A stretch of DNA of 54,274 bases from Promethearchaeota archaeon (lineage in GTDB: Archaea > Asgardarchaeota > Lokiarchaeia > Sigyniarchaeales > SOKP01): contig SHMW01000002.1 in the NCBI GenBank assembly GCA_008080735.1, positions 1 to 54,274 of the forward strand, given 5' to 3'. Position 1 is the stretch's first letter, and each line of letters opens with the position of its first letter. This document shows, in pieces, positions 1-10,000 of the stretch. The notes beneath the pieces are model-generated. The model made no database searches, was not told where the DNA came from, and saw nothing but the letters and a program-made list of their open reading frames with translations. A program made the position numbers and the translations under genes.

Positions 1-126
1 ATTAGTATCTTTAAAAAAGATATATAGAATAAGGACAATTTGAAAAAATAAAGAAAAGGAAATAAGATTAAAAAAATATTAATTAACTGGAGAGTAAATT
101 ATTCCACGTTTAAAATCTTCCTAAAT

Positions 127-1038
127 ATGAAAAAGCATATTCTAATTTCGGCTAAATCTGACCTTCCATTAATAGAAAAAATAATAAACAGACTAAAAAC
201 TGAAAATGAGCTTAAATTAGATATTCATGATCCTATTAAGGATTCTATTCATTTAAAGGATTTCTATGAAAAAATAAATGATTATAATTTAATAATTGCT
301 AAGGTGGCAGGGGAATCTTCAATTGATTTGCTCCATATGGCTCAATTATTTAATATTCCTACGATTAATAACTTATATGCGATATTAAATTGTAAAAACA
401 AAATAGCTTTAGATAGTGCTTTAAGACATGCATTTAAAAGATATGAAAAAGAATTAACAGACTTTAATCTTCCAGAATCTTGGATACATCCATCCCCTCT
501 TAAAGATTTAAATCATTTTAAGGATTGGGCAATTTCAAAATTGCCTTTGGTTTTTAAAAGCCATGATCAACATAATGAATTCTTTCGATTTAATTTTTTA
601 GCACGAGACCAAAGTGAAATTGATGACTTCATATTATCTAAAAAGGATTTTCTTTATTTCGATTTGTATATTCAAGAGTTTATAGATTGTGATGGCATAG
701 ATCGGAAAGTATATGTTGTTGGAGATAAAATCTTTGGGATTCAGAGAGAAAATCCAATTTATATATTTCTTAGAGATAAGCCTAATTCTATAGATGTAGA
801 TGAAATTGAGAGAAAAGAGTTCAAATTAGACGAAAAAATAAAGAAATTGAGTAAAATACTTTCCAAGGAATTAAATCTTTCAATATTTGGTTTTGATTTA
901 GTAAAACCATTAGATAAAAATGGATATTATTTGCTTGATTTAAATGATTTTCCGGGGTTTAGAGGTATAAAAAACATAGATCAAGTAATCGTAGAATATA
1001 TATTAGATTATTTAGAAGGACTTGAAAACAATAAATAG
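127..1038 (+). CDS. ATP-grasp enzyme, ITPK1 (inositol 1,3,4-trisphosphate 5/6-kinase)-like / RimK-like
   Basis: ATP-grasp motifs YIQEFI..DRKVYVVG, IFGFDL and LLDLNDFPGF; the DxNxFPGF ending resembles ITPK1 (DINYFPG) more than RimK (EVNxxPG). Confidence 0.7.
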   Translation: MKKHILISAKSDLPLIEKIINRLKTENELKLDIHDPIKDSIHLKDFYEKINDYNLIIAKVAGESSIDLLHMAQLFNIPTINNLYAILNCKNKIALDSALRHAFKRYEKELTDFNLPESWIHPSPLKDLNHFKDWAISKLPLVFKSHDQHNEFFRFNFLARDQSEIDDFILSKKDFLYFDLYIQEFIDCDGIDRKVYVVGDKIFGIQRENPIYIFLRDKPNSIDVDEIERKEFKLDEKIKKLSKILSKELNLSIFGFDLVKPLDKNGYYLLDLNDFPGFRGIKNIDQVIVEYILDYLEGLENNK

Positions 1039-1045
1039 GTTATAT

Positions 1046-1891
1046 CTAAAAAACTAATAAGAAAGGTAAAATTATTACAAAGGCTATAAGACCATATGTT
1101 ATACAGAAATATCCAAAATTAATTCTTTTTGCAAGTTTCAGCAATCCTTCAATTGACAAATACCCCACGATAAAGCTTACTCCCGTTGAGATGAGAATTA
1201 TGGAGATATCGAGAGTAAAAAACACCGAACCACTTCCAAAAACAATATCCGCCACCACAGAGCCGATTACTGCTGGCACGGAAATGAGAAAACTCAACTT
1301 CAGGGCATTATCCTGAGTATAATTCTGAAGCAAGATAGAAGAAACAGTTACTCCAGATCGAGAAACACCCGGCAAGATTGAAACTCCTTGAGCCAGACCT
1401 GAAATCAAACTATCCGATTGAAAAATTTTTTCTGGAAGATCCTCAACAGTCTTTTTTCCAATGACTTTCTTAGTGAGAAGGATAAGGAAGCCTGTAATTA
1501 TCAATAATCCCGCAATGATTAAGGTTATAATATCTCCTTGAGTCGCTCTAAAATAATCCTCCAACACAGTCTTAAATAGGAAATAAAGTGGCAGTGCTGT
1601 TATAGCGGTTCCGATAGTTGCGATAATTAACCAATTTCTCTCATTAATGGTTTTTTTCGCATAATCCTTTTTAATAAGGAATAGAGATTTAATAATGTTG
1701 GAATAGTCCGTTCTGTATTTCAATAGGACTGCAAGCATCGTTCCCATATGAAGCCAAATCGCCAGACTAAAAGCTTCAGTGGGGCTGATACCAAAAAATG
1801 CTATAGACACAATCATCACTTGACCAGATGAGGAGATCGGTAGCCATTCAAAAAATCCTTGGAGTATCGCAATAATTATATATTCAATCAA
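1046..1891 (-). CDS. uppP: Undecaprenyl/polyprenyl-diphosphate phosphatase (BacA/UppP family)
   Basis: QGFFEWLPISSSG and QGVSILPGVSRSGVT signatures, multiple TM helices. Confidence 0.92.
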   Translation of the reverse strand: MIEYIIIAILQGFFEWLPISSSGQVMIVSIAFFGISPTEAFSLAIWLHMGTMLAVLLKYRTDYSNIIKSLFLIKKDYAKKTINERNWLIIATIGTAITALPLYFLFKTVLEDYFRATQGDIITLIIAGLLIITGFLILLTKKVIGKKTVEDLPEKIFQSDSLISGLAQGVSILPGVSRSGVTVSSILLQNYTQDNALKLSFLISVPAVIGSVVADIVFGSGSVFFTLDISIILISTGVSFIVGYLSIEGLLKLAKRINFGYFCITYGLIAFVIILPFLLVF

Positions 1892-2433
1892 TTTGAATCC
1901 TTCCCATTATTTAATTTATTCAATAAATTTGAGAATAAAATATCCTCTGAGAACCATTTTTTCAAACCTTTTACCAAGCAATCCTTTATTTCATCGCGCG
2001 CTTTTCGAAAGCCTTCTACCCCTTTCATAGAAGGGTCTTTAATATCTCCTTTTTCTCCTGCAAATTCTTTCAATGTGAAAATATTCCCGTTAAAAATTCT
2101 TTTTGCGCCATTTAATTGGAATATAGATTTCTTATGTTGTTCTGTAAGGGTTAAGATCAAATCAGCATTTCCTAAATATTCCTGATGTTTTTTTAGGTCT
2201 ATCGAGGTAGAAGTTTCGGGTAGATCAATTCCCTCTTCTTTCATAACTAGCTTAGCATCAAGAGAAATAAGCATCCCATCTCGAGCATTCGAAGCGACTC
2301 CACCCGAATGAACTTCAACATCTAATCCAAGACTAGTAAAAAGCTCTATTAAATAGCCCTCAACTATTGGGCTTCGTGCCGTATTGACGCTACAGACTAC
2401 TAAGATCGATTGATAAGGGAATGAAAAGTTCAT
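1888..2433 (-). CDS. Low-molecular-weight protein Tyr/Arg phosphatase (LMW-PTP, YwlE-like)
   Basis: P-loop CX5R (VCSVNTARS), ADLILT, FTLKEF and DIKDP acid loop; 4-nt overlap with uppP. Confidence 0.85.
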   Translation of the reverse strand: MNFSFPYQSILVVCSVNTARSPIVEGYLIELFTSLGLDVEVHSGGVASNARDGMLISLDAKLVMKEEGIDLPETSTSIDLKKHQEYLGNADLILTLTEQHKKSIFQLNGAKRIFNGNIFTLKEFAGEKGDIKDPSMKGVEGFRKARDEIKDCLVKGLKKWFSEDILFSNLLNKLNNGKDSN

Positions 2434-2541
2434 GGACGTTATCTTAAATTATTTAATATATACATTTTATAATAATGTAAATAGAAAGGTAGCGCGTAAA
2501 ATAAATTTATATCAGTTCAAAGAACAAAATCAAATAATAAC

Positions 2542-3498
2542 TTAAAATGCAATATTCATGAAGAGCTCATCGATCCCTTGACCAGTTTGAGCGGATGTTT
2601 CAAAAAATTGGCAATTGTGCTTCATTGCTATTTCTTCCGCCCTTGTTCTCATGTGTCCTGCATCATCAATAAGATCCACTTTATTTCCGACTAAAATATA
2701 ATTAACGTCTGATTCCTTATTGAATAGATTTGCCTCATCGAACCAATCACTCACATCGTTGAGAGTTGCTTCTTTTGTATAATCAAATACAATCATGATT
2801 GTTTTCGCATCAAGTTTTTGGTAAAAATATTTCCGAATTTTTGCGAAGGTTTTGAGCCCTCCCATATCAAATAAATAGAGAGTAGATTTGATTTGTTGAG
2901 TTATTTGTAATTCCTTCTCCGCAATCGATATTCCGATTGTAGGCTTATACATTTCAGTGAATTTCTGTTTTGTATATAGGCGAGTTAAGGTGGTCTTCCC
3001 TACTTGGGATGACCCAATTACAAGTACATTTTTCACCGAACCACTATCGGAATTATGCGAATTAAAGCGTAATGTTCCATCCTCTAACAATTTTGGCAAA
3101 GCAGTGTCAATTTCTCTGTCATATAAGGCTAATGAGACTTTTTCGGCCACTAAGTAAGAATAAGGAATATATTTATCAATATCAGAATATGGGTCAGCAA
3201 CTAATACAAACAGAGCGGGTACATCTCCCCCCAGTTCAAGATAAAATAACCGAAACTCGTTTGTATCTAAGGTCCCACTTCCAAAAGAAGTTTCTGCAAA
3301 ACGCTTCACTTTGTTCATGGTTTGATCCAAGATTGCCATGATCGCCCCGATTATTTCCTCATCAAATCCCTTGATTGACTTTTGGGCAATGATTAAACCA
3401 TCCACATCTACTATCAGTGCTGCGGTTAATTCAGGTATGTTTTCAATGAAGTTTTCAAGAAGGTTGTCAAGAGTTTCGGTTTTAATCATTTTACTCAC
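2542..3498 (-). CDS. Roadblock/LC7 domain fused to a Rab/Ras-like small GTPase
   Basis: N-terminal roadblock pattern (AALIVDVDGLIIA); G1 GSSQVGKT, G2 YKPTIG, G3 DMGG, G4 NKVD, G5 SAQ; GTG start. Confidence 0.88.
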   Translation of the reverse strand: MSKMIKTETLDNLLENFIENIPELTAALIVDVDGLIIAQKSIKGFDEEIIGAIMAILDQTMNKVKRFAETSFGSGTLDTNEFRLFYLELGGDVPALFVLVADPYSDIDKYIPYSYLVAEKVSLALYDREIDTALPKLLEDGTLRFNSHNSDSGSVKNVLVIGSSQVGKTTLTRLYTKQKFTEMYKPTIGISIAEKELQITQQIKSTLYLFDMGGLKTFAKIRKYFYQKLDAKTIMIVFDYTKEATLNDVSDWFDEANLFNKESDVNYILVGNKVDLIDDAGHMRTRAEEIAMKHNCQFFETSAQTGQGIDELFMNIAF

Positions 3499-3506
3499 GC
3501 AAATTA

Positions 3507-4064
3507 TTAGGTATCTAAAATAGTATTTATCTTATTAATTCTCTTTTGAATATGCTGCATTGAATACTGAATATGCATTTGCATTTCTTTGATTTCTGAG
3601 AGAATTGATTTGATTGTTGAGATTTTCTTGTTAGAAATATGCTCCTTGCTAATTTTACTATTTACTTTATCAAGGGATATTTTTTTTCCTTCTATTTTTA
3701 GTTTCCGAGATTCCCCAGGATAATCTAAATCCATTCGGCCTTCATCAATTTCGCTAACAATAACTTTAAACTCTTCCGGTTCCCGTCCTTGTTTGATTAG
3801 TTCATAGTTGAAATTATAGAATGGCTTTTTGCTTTTCAGTTTACCCGCCCACGAAGATGCGATATATCGATGAAATAACCGGGATTTCGCTCCCGCCCAT
3901 ATCCATATTAAGCTCATATTTTTATCGATAATTAGGTACACTTCTTGAGGGTCAAATATGGTTTCAGGATTCTTTTTAATGTTCTCTCCAACCACTTTAT
4001 AAATATATTTAGTATATTTTTCACTAGCCATTCTTATTTCCCTCTTATATTTCTCCCTTTTCAT
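3507..4064 (-). CDS. Single gelsolin-domain protein with C-terminal coiled coil (true start may be ATG at 4031)
   Basis: Gelsolin-repeat pattern FDPQEVYLII..LIWIWAG..S and IKQGREPEEF; amphipathic heptad helix at the C-terminus. Confidence 0.75.
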   Translation of the reverse strand: MKREKYKREIRMASEKYTKYIYKVVGENIKKNPETIFDPQEVYLIIDKNMSLIWIWAGAKSRLFHRYIASSWAGKLKSKKPFYNFNYELIKQGREPEEFKVIVSEIDEGRMDLDYPGESRKLKIEGKKISLDKVNSKISKEHISNKKISTIKSILSEIKEMQMHIQYSMQHIQKRINKINTILDT

Positions 4065-4135
4065 TAGATAAAGTCATTATTATAATCAAGTCTTCAGATT
4101 TTCAAGAAAAATAATAAAAATAAAATTTGGATGCT

Positions 4136-6085
4136 TTATTGATAGAATTCATCTAAAGCATTCAAAAGCTCATGTAAAGTTTCTATTTGTGGGATCAGGA
4201 TAAATGTGCCTTGAATTTCTATATCAGTAATTATTACATTTGTCGTAATAACTAATGATAATTTTTTCAAGAACCCAATTTCTTGTTTTAACAGATTGAA
4301 TAATTTTTCCGCATTTTCAATGAGCACGTCGGGCGGTTCTGTCATGAAACGAATATCTAAGAGATCTCCGAGAGCAGTCACATAATTGGAGGCTAATATG
4401 TTGCCCAACTCTTCCATTGCACTCTGATATGTATCTGGAAAATCACTAATTGTATCATAGCGTTTGCGAAGGTCAACTTGTTTCTTTTTCTCATCATCAA
4501 CTAAAATAGCTGTCAATTCTATGATATCTCTAACTTCAAAGATCGTTAAAACGGTTGCCCTTGTCTTTCCTTTGACATTACTCCATGAGGTGTAAAGTTT
4601 CTCATTCTTTTGAATTACCTTTTCAGAATATTTGTCTAATTCAACCATCTCGACTGCTGGAATATCTATAGTGACTTTTTTATTAATCATCTTCGCAAGG
4701 GCATTTGCCGCATTCCCAGAACCAATATTACCAACTTCTCTGAGTGCATCTTTCTGACGCTCCGATAAAGCTAAGCTTTTTGCTCCGGCACCTGCTCCTT
4801 TTTCTCCTTTCATTAAAGGTTCATAGCTTATTCCAAGATTCTCAAAAAGATTATACAGTGTATCAAGATCTGGAATAAATAGGAAAACTCCATTAAGTTC
4901 ATAATCGACAACTTGTATTGACGTTTTAATCACCACTATAAAGGTATAGATTGACTCCAATTCTTTTCCTAGAAATCTTCCTAATGAATTTACATCGCTC
5001 ACAGTAAATTCTGGAACACCAGTCATCATTTTAGTATCAGTCAAATCTGCTAACGCTGACGCATAGTGTCCCGCCAATATGTTCCCCATTTCTGTTATTG
5101 TTGATCTTGCATATTCATCAATATCCTCTTTAGATTTCACTTTATCTGGATCTATATCGGAATCTTCGCCTGTGATAGATTTTACCATTTTCATAAGTGG
5201 TGTTAACTCAAATGCTTGGAATATGGTTGATTGAGAAGTGCCCTCAATTTGGGAGAAAATACCACAGACCTTTTGATTTGGACCTCCAAACTGTGCAGCC
5301 AAATTCTCAAATGATATGATGCCTACATTTGTTAGGTCAACATTGATCTTTTTCTTTATAAGTCTAGAAAGCGCAGTAATTGCGTTTCCAGAACCGATAT
5401 TTCCAATCTCCTTGAGCATATCTTCTTGTTCGTCATTTAAGTTAATCTTCTTATCAACATTTCCTGGTTTATCAATGATGTCATAGGTATCCTCGAAAGT
5501 CGAGATAATCTCCTCTTGATCCTTCCTAAAAATTGCCTTCTTTTCCGGTTTGAGAGTAGTAGGTTCTTTTGCCTCTGCTTGTTGTTTTGCTTTTTCCGTT
5601 TGATCTCGTCTATAGTTTTCATTGATATTAAAACTTCTAATAAACGCATCCAGATTTAGTAGAATATAAGTGCTTTCATTAAGAATGCCAATTGCATTAA
5701 TGAATTCAAAATCTAAATCTGTCTCAACAATTTTATTTGTATCGTTGAAAATTGACATTGGCACTTCTTGGACACCGATGACTTCATCAACTAGTATTCC
5801 TAAATTTAGCCCATTTCGCTCTAATAATAGAATTCTTGTGTCCTTATCCATCTCGTAGGTATTTTCTGCTGTGTAGATTTTTCTCCTGAGAGATAATATT
5901 GAATACAGATCGCCTCGTATATCTATCACACCAACAATTGATTTATCCGCGAGTGGAATTGGGATAATTTTTTCACCAGGAATATAAATTTCTTTTACTT
6001 TATTGACCTGTACCAAGTATTTTTCGTTTTTAACCCTAATAATAACGACATTAAGGTTCTTTTTGGTTGATTCTGCTTCGATCAT
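4136..6085 (-). CDS. CheW-CheC-CheC fusion protein
   Basis: N-terminal CheW (IVGVIDIRG, GILVDEVIGV); four CheC ExxN motifs (KEIGNIGSG, TEMGNILAG, REVGNIGSG, EELGNILAS). Confidence 0.92.
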   Translation of the reverse strand: MIEAESTKKNLNVVIIRVKNEKYLVQVNKVKEIYIPGEKIIPIPLADKSIVGVIDIRGDLYSILSLRRKIYTAENTYEMDKDTRILLLERNGLNLGILVDEVIGVQEVPMSIFNDTNKIVETDLDFEFINAIGILNESTYILLNLDAFIRSFNINENYRRDQTEKAKQQAEAKEPTTLKPEKKAIFRKDQEEIISTFEDTYDIIDKPGNVDKKINLNDEQEDMLKEIGNIGSGNAITALSRLIKKKINVDLTNVGIISFENLAAQFGGPNQKVCGIFSQIEGTSQSTIFQAFELTPLMKMVKSITGEDSDIDPDKVKSKEDIDEYARSTITEMGNILAGHYASALADLTDTKMMTGVPEFTVSDVNSLGRFLGKELESIYTFIVVIKTSIQVVDYELNGVFLFIPDLDTLYNLFENLGISYEPLMKGEKGAGAGAKSLALSERQKDALREVGNIGSGNAANALAKMINKKVTIDIPAVEMVELDKYSEKVIQKNEKLYTSWSNVKGKTRATVLTIFEVRDIIELTAILVDDEKKKQVDLRKRYDTISDFPDTYQSAMEELGNILASNYVTALGDLLDIRFMTEPPDVLIENAEKLFNLLKQEIGFLKKLSLVITTNVIITDIEIQGTFILIPQIETLHELLNALDEFYQ

Positions 6086-6120
6086 TATAATCCTCTTTTT
6101 AAATTTTTGATTTTAATTTT

Positions 6121-6984
6121 TTATTTAAATTTATTCTTAAGCATAATTCCTTTCCAAATTAACTCAATTTGAGACTTTCCATCATAAGACTCGGAAAAGA
6201 ACCCTTGCTGCTTATATATCGCTATTTGGCCACCATTGGAGTATTTATAAATATAATCGAGTAAATTTTCTATGCTACTGAAATTAAAACCCGCGACCTC
6301 CATTTCTTTTTCGTTATTGACGAGAACGATCAAGAGGTCTTCTCCATTAAATGGCTTTTCTAATTCATTCCATTCAACCCATAGTTCTTGTTCAACATCA
6401 TTCCCTCTTACAATAAATTTATCATCTATGGGTATATCTCTATAAGTTTTATAGGTGGAAAAAATAACTTTATTAGGAATCTTTCCAATTTCTTTCGAAA
6501 ATTTTGCTATTTTTTCTCCGGCATTAAAATAATATTCTTTATCAAGTATGTAATTACAGTTTATAAAAATATGTCTATTCTCCTTAATTTCTATAATATA
6601 GTCTATAAAATCATCTTTTTTTGTATCCGCTCTTATATGTACCGACTTTATTGAAATATCTTTTTGAGTTTTTAAGAATTTGAAAAATCGCCATTTTATT
6701 GCATCTTTATCATTCTTTTCTTTGCTGATAAATGTTTCATAGATTTTCTTGAATTGATCTTTATTAAGTTTCGAGAGATCCGCATCTTTTTCATTTTTAA
6801 AGTCCACTTCTATGAATGAACCATCGAATGGTGATTTATTCTCTTGTTTTAGTTTTTTTAGGCTAACTTCCCCCAAAAATAGCGCCAATTCCAGTTCTAA
6901 GATATTTGGGACTATTTCTTCAATCAGTGCAAATAAGGTTTCTTTCGATTTATCCAATAAAGTTTTATAATATTGAAAATTCAT
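6121..6984 (-). CDS. Hypothetical protein within the chemotaxis gene run
   Basis: 287-aa ORF with AGAGG upstream and 17/35-nt gaps to neighbours; no confident motif. Confidence 0.75.
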   Translation of the reverse strand: MNFQYYKTLLDKSKETLFALIEEIVPNILELELALFLGEVSLKKLKQENKSPFDGSFIEVDFKNEKDADLSKLNKDQFKKIYETFISKEKNDKDAIKWRFFKFLKTQKDISIKSVHIRADTKKDDFIDYIIEIKENRHIFINCNYILDKEYYFNAGEKIAKFSKEIGKIPNKVIFSTYKTYRDIPIDDKFIVRGNDVEQELWVEWNELEKPFNGEDLLIVLVNNEKEMEVAGFNFSSIENLLDYIYKYSNGGQIAIYKQQGFFSESYDGKSQIELIWKGIMLKNKFK

Positions 6985-7001
6985 TTTTTTTAAACCTCTT
7001 T

Positions 7002-10000
7002 TTAGCTTAATAGGTATGATTCTAATTTTTCTTGATCCATAATTTCTCCATCTTTGCTTTTCACATAATATCGTATTTCTCTTTCTTGATATGGGAGAAT
7101 CGATTCTACTGTGAATGAAATCATATCCGTTCCTTCAATTTCCGACTCCATAATTTCATATTTAGTATTAGCAGAAACAATTTCAAATGATTTAGAAATA
7201 GTATCATTGATGTCAATATCATTAACTTCGATATTTGAATTATTATTAATGATGATGCTTATTGCAAACTCATCAACATCTCTACCTGGAAATATTTCTT
7301 TCCCTATCAATAAATCTCTCCTCTTATGGGCAATATCTAACTTCGGAAGCTTTTCTGTTTCCAGAGACTCGTTCAAGTAATAGAAATTCTCGGGGCTCCG
7401 CTTTTCTTGTGGATAATAATGGGTGACTTCGAGTGGGAATTGATACGTTTTTTTGTGATTTGGTTTAATTGCCTTAAAGGGATATGAAATTTTAAGAAAC
7501 TCATCTACATCAATCAACACTTTTGATTTAATATTATCTAAATTGAGACTAATCTTAACATCGTGAGGAATTGAGTGATCCAGATTGTCAGGCACTACTT
7601 CAATGCTCACATGGTCTGAAATGTCTCTCCCCGAAGAAGTTGATATTTGGAATTGAGTTAGATCTTCTGGAGGAGCAAAATCTGCTGGAATAATATCTTT
7701 TACCATAATCCCTTTCATTGGGGTTGTTCCTATATTTTTAACAGTGATCTTGCTTTGAATTTCCGCTTCTTCAAAGGATTTAATTTCAGATTCAGAGAGC
7801 TTTTTATCCAAATGAATATCGATTATTTCGAATACCGATTCTTGTAATCTTAGATCAATAACAGCATTCTTTTTGACTGAATGAGTAATTGAATATTCTA
7901 GTTTTCTGAAAAATTTTGGTTCATTTTCATCTGCGACTTCCCATTCTTCACTTATAAATTTCTCTTGGGGTGCCAATAATTTTCCCCCATTTGAATTAAA
8001 ATCTATATCTAAATATTTTGTTTCTTTATCCTTATCCAAAACTAATATAGATTTTAATTCCATATCGATCTCACTATTATTTTTAAAAATTAGAGAGCAT
8101 CTCCATTTATTTGGCTCTGTCTCTTTCTCCTTTATCTGCATCGCATGCATCGCATGGGAATAGCCACGGAGGTGATCAATCTCTAAATTTGACATTATTT
8201 GGTTTTTATAAATATATGAAAGTTGAATATTCCCTGTTCCTATCATTTGTCTATTTTTAGGGCTGATACTAGTATATACAATAATTTCTGCTTTCTTTCC
8301 TGGTTCTAAAGAATTTATGGAAAAAATAAGGCTTCCTTTTTGAATTTCCACATCTGAAACCGATGAGCTATCATACTTAAAGTCCCTAAATTCCTCAGAA
8401 AATTGTTTTGCTATCCTTAGATCTTCTACAAGATCCTCTGAAGTATTTTCTATAAAGATTGAATACTTTAACCGATTCTCTTGATTAAATAAAAGAAAAT
8501 AGTTATCTCTTACAAATTCTCCTGTTATTTCATGATATCCTTCAAGAATTTTTTCTTTTCTTTCTTTTTCTTTTTGAGAGATTTCTTCTAATTTTTTATT
8601 GAGCTTATTTTCTTTTTGCTCATTAAGCTCAACAATCTTCGCCCGAAGAGAATTTATTTCAGATTCGACATTTTCTTTCTTTTCTTGCCATTCATCACTT
8701 TTTGTATTAATATTTTTCAAATTCTCTTGATTCTCTTTCAGTTGGGCCTTAAGTTCCTTAATTCGGGCATCATAAGTATCCTTAATTTTTTCAAGATGTG
8801 AAATTAAATTTTTTGTATTTTGGAGCTTTTCTTCAAGAGTTTCAATAGTGTCTTTCTTGGAATTATCGATCTTATTGTTTTGTGATTCCAACTCATTTTT
8901 CTTCTTGTCTTCAAGATCTTCTATATTGTCTTCCAAATCATCGATTTTGTCTTCCAAATCCTTTTGTCTCTCTGATTCCTCATCAGCTTTCTTTTCGGCT
9001 TCGTCAAGCTTTTTTTCAATCTCCTCAAATTGTGTTCGTTTATCGTTGATTTGTACATCAAATTCTTTTTCAACGATATTTATTTTTGCTTCATCTTCAA
9101 TATCTTTAGTCGCTTTTTTCTTCTCCTTTTCCAGGTTTTTAATTTCCTTCTTTTTTTCTTTTAGTTCTGTCTTTAATTTATCTTGTTTTTCTTCCCATTC
9201 TTCTTCTTTTTTCTTTGCCTTTTTATTATTCTCAATGCAATTCTCCATTTCTTTTCTCAATTTCTTTATCTTTGGATCATAGTGATTCAATATGTTTTCT
9301 ATATTCACCGCTTTCTTTTCTGAATATTCTGTCTTCACTTCTGGAATTCTTTCCGTGATCTGTTCCAATTTTTCTTTCGCGTTTTTTAGTTGGGTTTCGG
9401 TCTCTTCTTTAAATTGATTTTTATTAAGATATTTAGAAATGTTTTTTTCTTTGTATTTTTCTTTATCTTCAATTAAACTATCTATTTCTTTCTTCAATAA
9501 TCCTGCTTGATTGAGGAGTTTCTTGTTTTTTTGAGAAAGTTTTGAGATTTTGTCTAAAGCTTCATCTAATTCATTGTTTTTCAGATGTATTTTATCCTCA
9601 ACGGAACTGATTTTATGTCCATAAGACATTTTAATCTTTTTTTTTGTAGTTTCTCTCTTTTCTTGTATCTCTTGTTCAATTTTTTTTAGCTTTTTCTGCT
9701 TTAGCTTTGCTCCTAGATCATCGGTTTGAATATTCATTACTTTAATTTTTTCAAAAACTTTGATTGGATTGACTAAATCCTCAGAATCTTTTATTTGATA
9801 ATTGACTTTTTTATTTGTTTCTGGTTCAAAATTCCCCAGATTGATGATTTTATCTTTTTCTAATGAGAGGTTATCATCGGAACTATAATCTAATTTAACA
9901 TCCCAAATCCTATCTTTCTTTGAATTATTTAGAACGTTTATACTTCCTGTTCCAATAAAATTGATTAATGTACCATTTTTGCTATATTCATATTTTAAAT

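Noticed and set aside
1859-2185. Plus-strand 108-aa ORF, and similar short antisense ORFs over che, ATPase, EF-2p, aCPSF1, GNAT and HD genes
   Set aside because: They lie opposite or within well-supported genes and lack motifs; shadow ORFs
8848-9282. Ser/Phe-rich 144-aa plus-strand ORF
   Set aside because: Antisense mirror of the Lys/Glu coiled-coil codons
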